Source of the DNA: Octopus bimaculoides
Lineage: Eukaryota
Direction: 5' to 3'
Assembly: GCF_001194135.2 (NCBI RefSeq)
Contig: NC_069003.1
Span: forward strand, 37,200,061 to 37,264,060
DNA length: 64,000 nt
How positions within the stretch are numbered: the stretch's first letter is position 1; every line of letters begins with the position of its first letter. Below the pieces are notes generated by a model. That model had not been told where the DNA came from and ran no database searches. It worked only from the letters and a program-made list of their open reading frames with translations. The position numbers were made by a program, and so were the translations under genes. Positions 1 through 13,149 of this stretch are shown here, in pieces.

Positions 1-41
1 TATGTGTGTGTGTTATATATATATACATATGCATGCATGGA

Positions 42-88
<47 letters not shown>

Positions 89-94
89 ATACGC

Positions 95-360
95 GTACCA
101 CCTGAGTGGCACATAAAAAGCACCGTTCGAGCGTGGTTGATGTCAGTCCCGCCTAACTGGCCCCCATGCCAGTGGCATATAAAAAACACCCACTACACTC
201 TCAGAGTGGTTGGCATTAGGAAGGGCATCCAGCTGTAGAAACCTTGCCAGATCACATGGGAGCCTGGTGCAGCCTCCTAGCTTGCTAATCNNNNNNNNNN
301 TTGCCAGATCACATGGGAGCCTGGTGCAGCCTCCTAGCTTGCTAATCCTCAGTCAATAAT
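95..360 (+). mobile_element. SINE 3' module (family C; GTGGTTGGCATTAGGAAGGGCATCCAGCTGTAGAAA)
   Basis: Motif recurs at about 3045-3195, 4165-4332, 7940-8125(-), 16455-16652, 29900-30070, 36325-36455(-), 43950-44098, 50420-50565(-), 56490-56640(-) and 57770-57935(-), usually ending in (GAT)n. Confidence 0.8.
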
Positions 361-398
<38 letters not shown>

Positions 399-710
399 AT
401 GTTTGACTCTGATAGTGACATGTGACCAAAGCAATCACATGTTCTATGCAAGATTGGCCTTGCTGGCCACATTTGGCAGTGGCATTAATGGTTCAAATAT
501 TCGTCCAGGAAAAGAAATCCTTGGATTCAAAAGATGACCTGACGACAAAAAAAACATTTTAGGTCTGAAGGAAGACATACAGTAAGAAATATAGCAGACC
601 TTGATTGAACTGAGGAAATTAATATGTGTGTGACATTCAGTGAGATAAGACAGTGTAGGAGATTGTGAGTAGAGAAATGGTAGCAGTTAACTGAGGAGCA
701 GCTTGAAGTA

Positions 711-754
<44 letters not shown>

Positions 755-852
755 GAGACCATGCATCTATGAGCAAGTCATTGCAGTGGGTTAGTGAGTC
801 ATTACTGGTCTGTTAGTGGATGGTGTTCTTTTAAAATGCAGTCCAGGACGTT

Positions 853-854
<2 letters not shown>

Positions 855-942
<88 letters not shown>
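855..942. repeat. (AG)n microsatellite
   Basis: Direct observation; a second (AG)n lies at about 714-752. Confidence 0.95.
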
Positions 943-944
<2 letters not shown>

Positions 945-1049
945 TTTGTGTGTGTGTGTTTAGAAGCTGAGTTCAGAACTAAAAAAAAAAATTTAGATCA
1001 TTCAACATACCCATATGAGAAGATATCTATCATGAGCCAATGAGGGAGC

Positions 1050-1230
1050 CTCTACACGATTACTTGATATGCCAGAAATAGCAACCAAATCTCCCTTAAA
1101 TCACACTTTACCGTCTTAATAGAAAAGGACACATTGTTGTAACTGGAGATACACTGTGCCTGAAAAAAAAAATAAATGGGTCCATCACAGTTGGAATGCC
1201 TAAAGAGCTAAGGGGCTAAAGAACAACATC
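1050..1230. repeat. Dispersed repeat family E (GAAATAGCAGCCAAATYTCCCTCAAATC core)
   Basis: Core recurs at about 3855-3965, 5415-5520, 6640-6785, 8545-8600 (reverse), 33245-33390 (reverse), 34520-34690 and 52612-52660. Confidence 0.7.
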
Positions 1231-1580
1231 AACATTCCTTGTACTCTCCACACAATTGGTGACCCCTAACCAGCCTGTTGTTTGAATACAAGATTATGAT
1301 TCTGTACCCTAAAAGTAAACAATGGTATTTTGACCCCTTACAACTCACAGGGCCAGTTACCCACTTTCCATAACATGTAAGTGACCAAGATCACAACATT
1401 CTCAACAGAACAGGGCAGCCCCACATCACAGATCAGAGAAAGAGCAACTGAAGGTTTTTGCTCAACACAGTGTATTGCCCAGTCTGGGAACTGAAACCCT
1501 GATGTTACAATCCTAATTGCAATACCCTAGCCACTAGGCCACACACCTTCACTCAAAATAAACAAAACACCCATCCTTAC

Positions 1581-1626
1581 CTAAGAGCTGAAAACTCCCC
1601 AAAGGAATGTGGATTTCTCATTATCC
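1581..1626 (-). other. Candidate 46-nt exon of the minus-strand transcript
   Basis: tttgtttttattag|GGATAATG...GCTCTTAG|gtaagg; strong splice signals on both sides; no recognisable protein. Confidence 0.3.
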
Positions 1627-1659
1627 CTAATAAAAACAAACCCTGATATAACACCATCA

Positions 1660-1850
1660 TACACACACACATGCAGATATATAAAAGAGGCTTCTTTCAG
1701 TTTCCATCTACCAAATCCACTTACATAACTTTGGTCTGCCCGAGGCCATAGTAGAAGACACGTGCCCAAGATGCCATGCAGTGAGATTGAACCCTGAACC
1801 ATGTGGTTTAGAAGCCAACTACCACACAGCTGTGCCTCTACCTCTGCTAA
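1660..1850 (-). mobile_element. tRNA-derived SINE head and body (family D)
   Basis: Reverse complement has A-box-like GCTGTGTGG, B-box-like GGTTCAATCT, then GCATCTTGGGCACGTGTCTTCT...GGATTTGGTAGATGGAAACTGAAAGAAGCC. Confidence 0.75.
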
Positions 1851-2929
1851 ATAGCTGATATTATTCCAGCTTGTGTTCCATGTTCAGTTTATCTCTCCCT
1901 CTCTTTCTTTCTCTCTCATTATCTGTGGAGACATGTCTTATCTTTTGTAACCAATTTCTGAGTTTTATGAATATCAATGTATTTGTCATCCAACTAAACA
2001 CGTGACACCAATGGAAGAACTGAAAGCAGTAAACACAATTATTACCCGAGTAAACACTTTCATCATGATGGTGTGTGTGTGGGGGGGGGGGTTTAATGGT
2101 TAGGTTGTTGAACTAGCAAATGTAAGGTTGTGGGTTTGATTCCCAGACCAGGCAGCACATTGTGCCCTTGGGCAAGGCTCTTCATTTCCTGCTGTTATCG
2201 TCATCACATAACATTCACTTACCCAATCTTACATGGGTCAGACAGAATCTGTTGAGGTAGATTTTCTACGGCTGGACACCTTGCAATCATGAGTTGAATG
2301 CCCCTAAGCACTAAGCCACGTGCCTTTGCACACACACACACACACACACAAGTTTCTTAGAGTTTCTGTCTACCAAACTCCATCATAAGGTACTGGTAGA
2401 GCAGGAATTAGAGTAGAAGACATTAGCCCAAAGAACCGTACAGTAGGTCAGAACCCGAAGAGACATTGTTATAGCAATAAAAAGAAAAAAAACAACAAGA
2501 AAAGAAAAGAATTGGTCTGTGAGTTCCAATGACCTACAAAACCATATCTCTGCTGCTGCTCAATCAGTCATTTTCAGGTTGCATAACAACAACAGGAACC
2601 TTATCTCTGCTGAACATTTACAAAAGATCTACAACTGCTCTTCTTTCTCACATTTAACTTAAAAAAGTAATGGGGGAACTTTCTGGGGTTGACCTTGCAA
2701 GTCATCTTCACTTTGAACTTTAACCCTTAAAAAATAACGCTGGTGCCTGCAAGAGTTTCACTTCATAACCATTATAATTGAAGATCAAATGGCAACACAG
2801 CGGGTGTCTACATTAGCATCCTACAAGTATGTGAGTGTGTAGAGTCTGGTGTATGCTTGTATATATGTGTATGCAAACATATATGTTGGTATACATAAAT
2901 GCATGCATAGATGTGTGCAAGAAGACATG

Positions 2930-2978
<49 letters not shown>

Positions 2979-4164
2979 CATTGCATGAGAGTTGTAAATG
3001 AGCTTCACTCTTATATAAGCAGTGTCATTCATTTCCCATATTCTGGACGAATATGTCCAGCAGCCATAGGGAAATATTACCTTGCTTGGAAACAGGTGAG
3101 GGTGGGCAACAGGAAGGGCATCCAGTTAGAGACAAATCTGCCTCAAACTCCATCCGACCCATGCAAGCATGGAAAAGTAGATGTTATAACTATTACACAT
3201 ACACACACACATATATATATATACCTAAAGATGTGTAGATTTTAAACTTCTTGGTTAACTTTGTGAAGGTGATAAGACTATAACAAACAATGTATCAAGC
3301 CACCCTCTACTCCAGCCACCCAGTGATGTCTTGAAGTTTACTCCATCATCCTAAGTCGTTAATCAATAACTAATTAAGCCTCTGATCCACTATCCACTGG
3401 CTACTAAATGACATGCAGTCAGAAGTGCTGTTGCATCTTACACCACCACCACCACCACCGTCTACTCTTTGTATAGAACAAAGTCCATTACAAAGAGACT
3501 GAAACAACCACATGCACCACTCCTCCTCCTCCTCCTCCTCACACAGACATACTATAGTGTCCACTAACACCAAAGCCTCTGTCACTAGGTACAAGATCAA
3601 CTTGATCAAGCAACCATTTAGAAGGCAAAAAAATCTTGTCTTCTGTGTCTGCACTTTGCACAGATCATGGGCTGCATGTAGTGGCCTTCATTCGGAACCA
3701 TATTTCTCATTAAATCCATCCTCATACACAAAAGTATACACCATTAAGTGGAAGCTGTTGACCAGAACAGATCTGAATATCTTTGCTTCAACCAAAATTA
3801 CAATTCCATATTGATTCTACATATAGAAAGGACTCTACAAAACTAATGAGATTCATTGCTAGAAATAGCAGCCAAATTTCTTTAAAACCAAATTTCAGGA
3901 AAGAGGCACACTGGATAATGTAACCCCGGTTGTACAATTCCTAAGAAAAGGAATGCCACAGCTAAAATTATCATCATCATCTAATGTCCAGGCACTATTC
4001 TTAAGGGTTTATTCAAACAACTTATAACCAGTATTTATATATTAAAGTCTGGTATATATTCTATCAGTCTCTTTTGCCAAACTGCTAAGTTATAGGGACA
4101 TAAACAAACCAGCACCAGTTATAAAGCAGTAGATGGGGGTAGACAAACACATGCACACACATAA

Positions 4165-4332
4165 AAAGCTCTCAGTCCACTCTGTAAAGTGGTTGGCATT
4201 AGGAAGGGCATTGAGCTGTAGAAACCAGGCCAAAACAGCCAATGGAACCTGGTGCAGCTCTCCAGCCCTGCCAGCTCCTCTCAAACTGTCCAACCCATGC
4301 CAGCATGGAAAATGGACATTAAATAATGATGA
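4165..4332 (+). mobile_element. SINE 3' module (family C)
   Basis: CACTCTGTAAAGTGGTTGGCATTAGGAAGGGC...CCAACCCATGCCAGCATGGAAAATGGACATTAAATAATGATG. Confidence 0.8.
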
Positions 4333-4794
4333 CCACACACACACACACACACATTTTACATCTACCAAACCATCTCAGTAGACATTGGTTGCCACAGGTC
4401 TGTCGTCGGTTCTCCACAGAGGAAGTGAACCTGAAACTATTTGGTAGCAAAGCAAGCTTCTTGACCACACAGCCATAACTTAACCCTACAAAGACAAGAA
4501 AAGAAAACTGCTTGTTCTTCTTGTTTCATTCATTGATACTCAATGCCTTCCCCCATTGTCCTTGGCTGCTTTCCTTGATTTACCAGTTTCTTTTGTTGTG
4601 TTTTTCTTTTCGACTCAGAACTTGCTTAGAAAACGGTTTCTGTTTCATCTCATTTTCTTGTGAAAATTGCATCAGTATTTTTATTATTATTAAACAAAAG
4701 ACATTTTTTCTTTCCTGCTGCCCTACTCCTACATTTTGTCCAACTTTTTCAGTCCTTTTCTTTGTCTTTTTATGCTTTTTTTTGTTTTGGCCAG

Positions 4795-4942
4795 GTGCAG
4801 GTGTGGATGTGCAATTAAGGCGCTTGCTTTGCAAATACGTGGATTTGGGTTCAGTCCCTCAGCATGCCACCTTGAGCAATTTTTTTTTTTTTTACAATAG
4901 CCTGGGACTGACCAAGGCTTTAGAAACTCTGTGGAAGACCAC

Positions 4943-4982
<40 letters not shown>

Positions 4983-5100
4983 ATCCCCCACTACCAATTG
5001 CCAACTGCTGTTGGTTTGTTTACATCCCCATTACTCAGTTCTGCTCAACTAAATCTTCCAAGGTGGTGCTCCAGTCCAATGACTGGAACAAGTAAAAGAG
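4795..5100 (+). mobile_element. Near full-length SINE (D head + B tail)
   Basis: GGTGCAGGTGTGG...GGGTTCAGTCCC head, (TG)n, then GGTGGTGCTCCAG...GACTGGAACAAGTAAAAGAG tail. Confidence 0.75.
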
Positions 5101-6074
5101 AAGCAACACCCTGTAGCTACATATTTCAATAAACCCTAAAATGTCCCCAAAAAAGAAAAGAAAAAAAAAACACTTTTTAATGTTGCCTCAACAGAGTGAG
5201 GAATGCATTACGTGCCCCACCCCACCCCTAACCTATCCCATCAAATAGAGATGTTTAGAGGAACCTAAAATGCTACAAGAGAGAGGTGGAGAGGATGATT
5301 AATTGAAAGTAGTGATGGTCATTGTCTTTGGAAAGATAATGCTTCTATAAAGGACATCCACCATCACCACCACCACAAGAGTCAGTAAGGAAGTCTCTTC
5401 AAGGGCACAAGGCTTGCTGGAAATAGCAGCCAAATTTCCCTCAAATCTCAGCCTTCTGTCTTGAAAAAGAACACATTGTATAATGTAGTACTAAATATAG
5501 GATGGTCATAGAGGAATGTCTGTCACCGCCACCCTCACCATCTTCAAGAAGTAAGAGGCTGACTAATCCTATTTTGCAGCAATCACTTTTTGTTAAGTAG
5601 AAAATCAGTCTTTTGTCAGCCTTTTTCACTCAAGAGAGAACAAAAGAATTAATTCCAGATTTTTCCCTTGGCTGTGGTGGCGAGGAGGAACAGAGTGATG
5701 ACAGATTTAGTACTGACTGTTGGCAATGATGTTGATGAAGGTTGTTTGACCGGTAATTGTGTTTTCTTTCTCACAAAGGACAACACGGAAGAACTATAAG
5801 AGCAACAGTGTTCCTACTTGACAACATAAATGAAGCAAATGAAGGTACCATCTATATGTATGAACAACCTGCTAGAAATAACAGCTAAATATACCCTACT
5901 GTCATCTGGCTGTAACACAGACACCTCACACAACACCTGTCCATGACAGGTGTTGTTCTTATCTCCAAACAATAAGCTTCTCCTTACTCTTTAGAGAATT
6001 CTTGATTCCTGAGATTATCTCCTCTCCTCATTTAGTGCCAATCTAAATTGCCATTTGGTAATTATGACACATCC

Positions 6075-6400
6075 TCTTAATGGTTCCCGGTTCAGTCCCA
6101 CAGCATGGTATCTTGGGCAAGTGTCTTCTACCAAAGTCTCAGGCCAGCCAAAGCCCTGTGAGTGGATTTGGTAGATGGAAACTGAAAGAAGCCCATCATG
6201 TGTGTGTTTGTGTCTGTCCATCACCACTGTTTGATAACCTGTGTTGGTGTGTTTATGTCCCTATAACTTAGCAGTTTGGCAAAAGAGACTGATAGAATAA
6301 GTACTAGGCTTAAAAAAAAAAAATAATTACTGGAGTTTCATTCAATTAAAAATTCTTCAAGGCAGTGCCCCAGCATGGCCACAATCTGATGACGGAAACA
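6075..6400 (+). mobile_element. SINE (D head + B tail), CpG-decayed
   Basis: GGTTCAGTCCCACAGCATGG...CTTAGCAGTTTGGCAAAAGAGACTGATAGAATAAGTACTAGG. Confidence 0.8.
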
Positions 6401-7121
6401 NNNNNNNNNNNNNNNNNNNNNNNNNNNNNNNNNNNNNNNNNNNNNNNNNNNNNNNNNNNNNNNNNNNNNNNNNNNNNNNNNNNNNNNNNNNNNNNNNNNN
6501 NNNNNNNNNNNNNNNNNNNNNNNNNNNNNNNNNNNNNNNNNNNNNNNNNNNNNNNNNNNNNNNTATATATATATATATATATATGACCTACATTCATACA
6601 AAAATAGTAGTAGCAGAAAATGAGTGTGTTTCTGCAGGATTACTTGACCTGCTAGAAACTGCAGCCAAATATCCCTCAAATTACATTTTACTGTTAGAAA
6701 TAAAGAAAAACCATTGGATAATGTAGTCCCAGATATACTATGCCTGGAAAAAGAACATACAATAGTCATGGCTAGGAAACCATTGCTCTTATGAGGTAAT
6801 TTAGAATTAAATAACAAAAAGAATAACAGAATTATTAGTAACCTCATTAGCTCCCCACCCTCCAAGCACACATCCACCCTCCCGTCATAAGCCAATCGTT
6901 TCATGATTCGCTTTCATTGTGTAGCATCCTGGGCTAGCTTCTATCAAGGCCTGAAGTTGATCACCAATAGCATGGGGAACTGAGTAGAGAGGCTGATCTT
7001 GTTGCAGGGCAGCAGACATTACCTGCGCCAACCGTTTTCTTACCAGTATTTCTGTTGCAATTCACTGCTTTTTGTTTTCAGTCATTTTGAAAAACGATAA
7101 AGAAAAATAGCTCAGTCAGTT

Positions 7122-7499
7122 TTATGCCTTTAGCTTTCAGATTATTCTGTCAAACACGAAATGCTTATTTATTCACATTGTTTAATCATGGTTTATCCTA
7201 TAACTGTGAAATTTCGATGATCTGATTGTTTGTAAATATACAAATACCCATTTTTCTTTCCACCAGGGATTTCTATGCTGCAACATTAGATTATTTTCTA
7301 CAGCCAAAATATACAGTAAAAACTTATGTTTACAAAATATTTTCACTCATCACCGTTTCCTAACTTACACACGATATGATTGTTTATTTTTAAACTGACA
7401 TTCTAGAGTAGGTATGAAAGAGCAAATTCCACCAGTTTGAATATGAAACAGGGAGAATATTTGGGTCAGATATGGCCAGTTTAAATGCTAAAGGGTTAA
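7122..7499. mobile_element. piggyBac-type non-autonomous MITE
   Basis: Right end AATGCTAAAGGG-TTAA (7484-7499), degenerate left end TTATGCCTTTAGCTTT; shares internal sequence with copies at 36877-37079, about 38793-38905 and 58847-58988. Confidence 0.65.
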
Positions 7500-7939
7500 A
7501 CTTGTGTTTGGAACATTAATCAAAAACAGAAAGTGTGTATTATAGAATCAGGGCAATCTCTTGTGAGCTGCTATGAAAAGGGTTAAGACTTCCATCTGGC
7601 CATCCACCTAGTTGGAAGCATTCAAGCCTGGTCTCAGGAGGAGAATTTACAGAGGATCTGGAAATGGTTCTGGAGACTCTAAGCCTTTCTCCTCTGACAA
7701 AAAAACCAGTTAGGGAATGTTCAAAAGAGCAGGTCACAGATTAATGGAAAGGTAAGGTAATTGGAAAGTGTCAGAGAGGGAAAGGTTTGTCTGAGTACAA
7801 AACGTTTTGGCACAAATGCTTATTTGGTATTTTGTTGATTCAGTGTTGACTTACTTGACATCAGACATTTTAATGGTTCTCACATTCTCTCTCTCTCTCT
7901 CTGTATATTCTTCTGTGCCTGAGAAGGAAAGTTATCACC

Positions 7940-8125
7940 ATCATTTAACGTCTATTTTCCCATGCTGGCATGGGTTGGACAATTTGACTGTTCCTATCAA
8001 ACTGGAGTACTGCATCAGGCTCCACTCGTTGGTTTTGGAAAGGTTTCTATGGCTGGATGGCCGTCCTCACACCAACCACTTTACAGGGTGTACTAGGTGT
8101 TATTTACGTGGCACCAGCACAAATT
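7940..8125 (-). mobile_element. SINE 3' module (family C)
   Basis: CATCATTTAACGTC...TTCCATGCTGGCATGGGTTGGAC...CCAACCACTTTACAG on + strand. Confidence 0.78.
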
Positions 8126-8287
8126 GCAATGTCCATCTCCCTCTTTCACTCTCTCTCTCTGTATGTGTATGGCTGTGGAGGTGCCTCCACCAGAGTCAAC
8201 CATTACTGTCACCAAAACAGGATGAATGCCCTGTCAGCCAAATTTTCAACATCCAGCTGCACTCAGTCATCCCATACTGGGTCTCAC

Positions 8288-8313
8288 CTCTCAGGTAAAC
8301 AACATTTTGTTTT
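8288..8313 (-). other. Candidate 26-nt exon of the minus-strand transcript
   Basis: gattctttctag|AAAACAAAATGTTGTTTACCTGAGAG|gtgaga. Confidence 0.25.
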
Positions 8314-9266
8314 CTAGAAAGAATCAGCAATGTGACTGTAGGGAGGTTTTGCCACTCTAGTTATGGTACGATACACTTCTAACGGTGGGTACAGTAATTT
8401 ATCCCCAGGTTACGCTTGATTGGAGAGATACAATGAAAGGCGTCCACGTGATGATCATACAATTTTTATTTCAGTTACAAAGTTATCCAATTTTATTTTC
8501 TCTTAGATACATATAACTTAGTTGCATTTTTTTTATATAGCAGAGTGTGAATTGAGGGAGATTTGGCTGCTATTTCTAACAAGTGAAGCGAACACACACT
8601 TTTCATGTTGGTTCACAGTAGGTGCAGCACTTATATGTGTTGCACATTTCAACAGCGTATTATAATAACTGGTAACCAATTGAAGGTCTTATACTATTCT
8701 GGGTGACAGCTACACTCGACTGGACCAAACTCGGTAGATGATTAACACTTACAGCAGATATTTTAGTCATCTTTTTTTTTTTACTTCTACCACTCCATCT
8801 CGTTCGTTTTCGCCCTGCTTTCGTCCACAGGTACGGAATCGTACGTTAACGGAAGAGTCTGCTTTCATAAGCTAAATACCCAAGTATATAAGTAAATAAT
8901 AAAGAATTGCAAACCGAATCGTAAATTCATTTCTCAACCACAAACCACACAACAAAAATAACACAAACACAGACGTACTGTAGGTTATATTGTTAATAAT
9001 TTTTATATAACAAAATGTTGAATGTGATGTTTAGAGCCGGACGTTCAAGCAATTGTGCGCTAGAGAGAGAGAGATTATAGGGGCGGGATAATATGTGGCT
9101 GTGATACCAATATTTTTATCCCTGGAACACACCAGTACAGCAGTTCCAAGACGAGAATTAAAAAATCCGGACAATGAACTCGATTCGCTGAGAAATCGCT
9201 AAAGCAGCAGCACGTCACACACACACACACACACGAGTAATAACTACGACAGGTCTATCAACTCAC

Positions 9267-9400
9267 CTGACCAGCGCAGCTATAATGGCCGGTTTTAGCG
9301 AAATGTCTAGGTTTTTCTTTTTGCTGGTCTATTTACATGCTACTGTCCAGCGCGCACGCACATCCATTTGTTTAGTAAATATTAGTCCACACACACACAC
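9267..9400 (-). other. Candidate first exon of an unannotated minus-strand transcript
   Basis: Perfect donor CAG|GTGAGT (9266-9261) in a CpG-retaining, promoter-like segment; the sequence to its left is CpG-decayed. 5' end is approximate. Confidence 0.35.
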
Positions 9401-9709
9401 ACACTCACACTCGCGCGCGCGCACACACACTCAAAATCTGCCAACATGATGTCACGTTCACACATACACACAGATGCATCTATTTACATTATGGTTACGA
9501 TGACAGTCATGTCACAATTTTAGCTATTATTATTATTATTATTATATCATCATTAACGATTACTATTATTAATCAATAATAATGATCATGATCATTATTA
9601 TTATTAATTATGATATACCTGTTTAGAAAACCTCTCACCATGGAAACGTGAACAATGAAAATGCGATATAAAAAGCTAGGCTTATTTTAATTTCGTATTT
9701 CCGTCCTCC

Positions 9710-9853
<144 letters not shown>

Positions 9854-11224
9854 TCTAGTATTTAATTTTACATAAGTGATTGCTGATCATTTTTATTAAG
9901 TAAAAATTAAAAGAATTTGAAATGACTTGCAATCGAACGATTAACTTACACAGAAATATGATAAAGAGAAGATACTGTAAATATATTAACTGTTAAATTC
10001 TGTATTTTTCTTAATTAATGAACACTAAAATCGATTCAAAATGGACACAATATAGTTTCTTCCATAAGCTGAAGATCAATTTTATAAAGCGAGATATTAT
10101 CTATTCCATTGTTACATTACTAGTGTTGACATGACCCCAAAATACGAAACTGACAATAGCTCTGTTGGTTTTCATGAAAGAACGTCTTCGGCAGCGGATG
10201 GCAAAACTGAAAGATTGTTGCACCAAATTCTTTGCAGTATTTATGTCAGTGAGATATCGAGTTCAAATCCCATTGGAGTTTACATTTTATACATCCAAGA
10301 TAAATAAGAGCATTTTTGTCGTCCATTTAAACGGACTGGCAAAATCGTTGCATAAAATGGTTCCGGTATTCAGTCGCAGTCCTTTGCGTTCCGAGTTCAA
10401 ACACTACCAAGGTCTACCTTGATTTTCATACTTTTGGGGTTGCACTCAAATACTATGATCGATTTAATGGTCCTATAAAGCACCCTTGATGTAACAGAAT
10501 TGTACTAGGAGACTTAGATTGTGCCTTGCCTCCTAGGCCTTATACATCGAGTTCAAATCCTACTGAGGTCGACCTCTCTTCAGATTTTCCCCAGGAGCCG
10601 ATCACATAGGTATTAGTTAAATACCGAAGATCGGTTAAATTAACTGTGCCTTCCTCCATAACATGTGATCCCCAAATAGAATGTTGTATTCAGTTACGTG
10701 TCGAGCTGAAGCCTATTCGAATGAAATTCACACATCTTAGCCCCCGGGATTGCATTACCGAAACTTTCACATCGATTCAAGTTTTGCAGATTGCGCATGA
10801 TCTTTGATAAGCTTTGTTGTTTTTTTTATTTTGATGCATCTTCCAGCCCAACAAAGTGTTAAACCAAGGTTTGCATCACAAAAACAGATTACAACAGACT
10901 GGTCTTTCAACTGATTCACCGGCTTCACTGAAGAGGTGTAATTAGACTGGAAAATGTTCAGAGTAGTCATCCTTTCTTGCAGAGACCAGATTAAATAAAT
11001 AGTATAAGTTATAGAGGGAATGTTTTCTTCTCACGACATAAATATTATTAGAATCCTCCTCAAATGATCATAATCAAATTTGTTTCTCGAGAAACTGACG
11101 GCTCTTCCATTTCTTTTAGTCATTATTCTATATTAAACTCGTCGCACAAATTTAAATTTACGTTGAAATAATAAAGCATGCATTCTTAATATAACAGACA
11201 TCCATCGATTTTTTTTTCCTGAGC

Positions 11225-11720
11225 ATCAGTTAGTGTTCATGCTTCTGTTCCGTAAAGCAGGAAGGATTCGAAATTGGAGACGAAGTGCGTAACGCTTCAT
11301 CTTCCGTTTGAATCCAGACGTCCATACTTTTGTCATGTCATGAAGTAGCACCTTTCAGGTATCTGGAGTTGAGATCCCTGAACGACGACGACAGCGAGGA
11401 GGAGATTGCCGCACTGAGGTATTTCATGTTCTTCTCCTTCTTGAGTGTCTCTCCACTAATACAGCTGACAACCGTGTTAGATCAGAACATCGACATTCTT
11501 TAAGTTCAGCTAAAACTCCACCACTTTTAGGCATTCCATTTCAAGTGCAAGCCCGAACTTGCTCAGCGAGATGTCGATATGATGAAGGTCAACAACTGTT
11601 ACAGCTTGTTATAGTTGTTGACCTTGACAGCTGTTAAGAGTAATTGATCAAACAATATAAGAGAGGCTGATGTCGTTGGAAGTATTGACTTTCAGAAAGT
11701 TAAACATTGCCACTTATTCG
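11225..11720 (-). mobile_element. Degenerate RTE-type LINE ORF2 fragment (RT C-terminal region)
   Basis: Minus-strand frames give KYLSAAIS, HDMTKVWTSG and ESFLLYGTEA*TLT (compare FKYLG and ESILLYGAEAWTLT), with frameshifts. Confidence 0.65.
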
Positions 11721-13149
11721 GCATCGAGTACCACAAACATCGCCCCCGCCCAGCTAAACAAGCAAAACCAATTGCTTGATCAGACCCTTTTCATTAATGC
11801 TTTTGCCATACTCTTTATTATTACAATCGCTACTCCACAATAATTCGGGATCGATAAATCAAGTACCAGTTGAGTACTGGGGTCGATGTACTCGACTAGT
11901 CCCCTCACCCAAATTTTGAAGCTTTGTGCCTTTAGTAGAAAGGATCATTATTATTTTTAGCATTGCTGCATCACTGAAAACAAGGCATTTGGATTAGATT
12001 GGTACAACATTGCCTAGAAATTAGCTCCTTGCAATTCCTTCCTAAAATTGCATTTAAATTTGGGATTGTGAAAAATTATTTACTTGGAAAGGGGGAAGTA
12101 TTTGGGATGAGAAGGTTCAATTACTTTGATCAATTTATTAGAGAGGGCACGTTATTGATGAGGTCGCGAATGGCAACAAAAAGACTTCGACAAACCTGAT
12201 TAGATAATTAAACAGTTAACCAATTGACAAATAAAAAAGTGAAACAGAACCAGTGCGTGTTTTTTTTTTTAATTATTGGCATAATGACCCTCTCGAGATA
12301 CAAGATAAATGTTACCGCGACAAAATGATAAAACTCCGACTTTTCGGGTTAACGTCTATTGTCGAAGAAGAAGATAGTTTCGTACGCTTCCTATCTATAA
12401 GAAGCTACAACCATCGAAGCAACAAATAACCAGCAATAGAACAGTCCTCAAACAACCACGTTGTTGGGAGTTAGACAAGAAACGAGGAACAAAATATCCA
12501 ATATAAAGCTGCCTTAAAAACATTAAGCGATCAGCAGAAATTTCTTTTTTAAATATAATTATTATCGATCGGGGAAACAAGATGGAAAGTTGTGCATTAA
12601 GACAAGATGTTCGAAGAGAGACACTATCAGAGTTGAAACTCATCTTGTAAAGAGTGAGGGGGAACAACAGCGAAAAGATGAGAATGAATAGAAAGAAAAG
12701 GGACTTGATAAGTGACCTTAAGAGAAACAAGAAGTTTGGCCAAATAAAGATAGAGAGAGAAGCAGTACCTAGTGGCTGGAGTAGTATATACGATCTGTTG
12801 TGCTAACAACAGTACGGAATCACGTGTGCACATCTGTAAGTGCGTATATGTGTCTGTATATGTTCATAACCTCCACTGCATTAGTATTCTAGATGAAGAG
12901 TGGGTCATGAGACAACGCTAAAACAGTTGGCAGGCAGACATCGTAGAGGTGGAGACAGCGCAATGTAGAAGTGGGAACGAAAATTCGTGGATCGAACGTT
13001 CGTTCGGCTGTTCGGAGAAGCAGACAAATAAATACTTAACAGGGGGAGGGGGAGGAGAACAGCATGACAGTTCCTAACTCGTGCTCCTCGGTGCCAAACT
13101 AAAGAACTAAAATGAATACAAAAGGAACTGTTCGGAAAGTTTAATTATT

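Noticed and set aside
244-347. 47-bp exact direct duplication across the 10-N gap at 291-300
   Set aside because: Uncollapsed contig overlap typical of scaffolding, not a tandem repeat.
4795-4880. tRNA-like A/B boxes in SINE heads (also 26494, 41355, 47140)
   Set aside because: No complete cloverleaf or anticodon arm; they are SINE promoters, not tRNA genes.
4512-5132. 206-aa plus-strand ORF
   Set aside because: T-rich low complexity plus SINE and (TG)n sequence.
6900-7060. Minus-strand frame VMSAALQQDQPLYSVPHAIGDQLQALIEASPGCYTMK with nearby donors
   Set aside because: Bounded by stops with no good acceptor; cannot be placed in a gene model.
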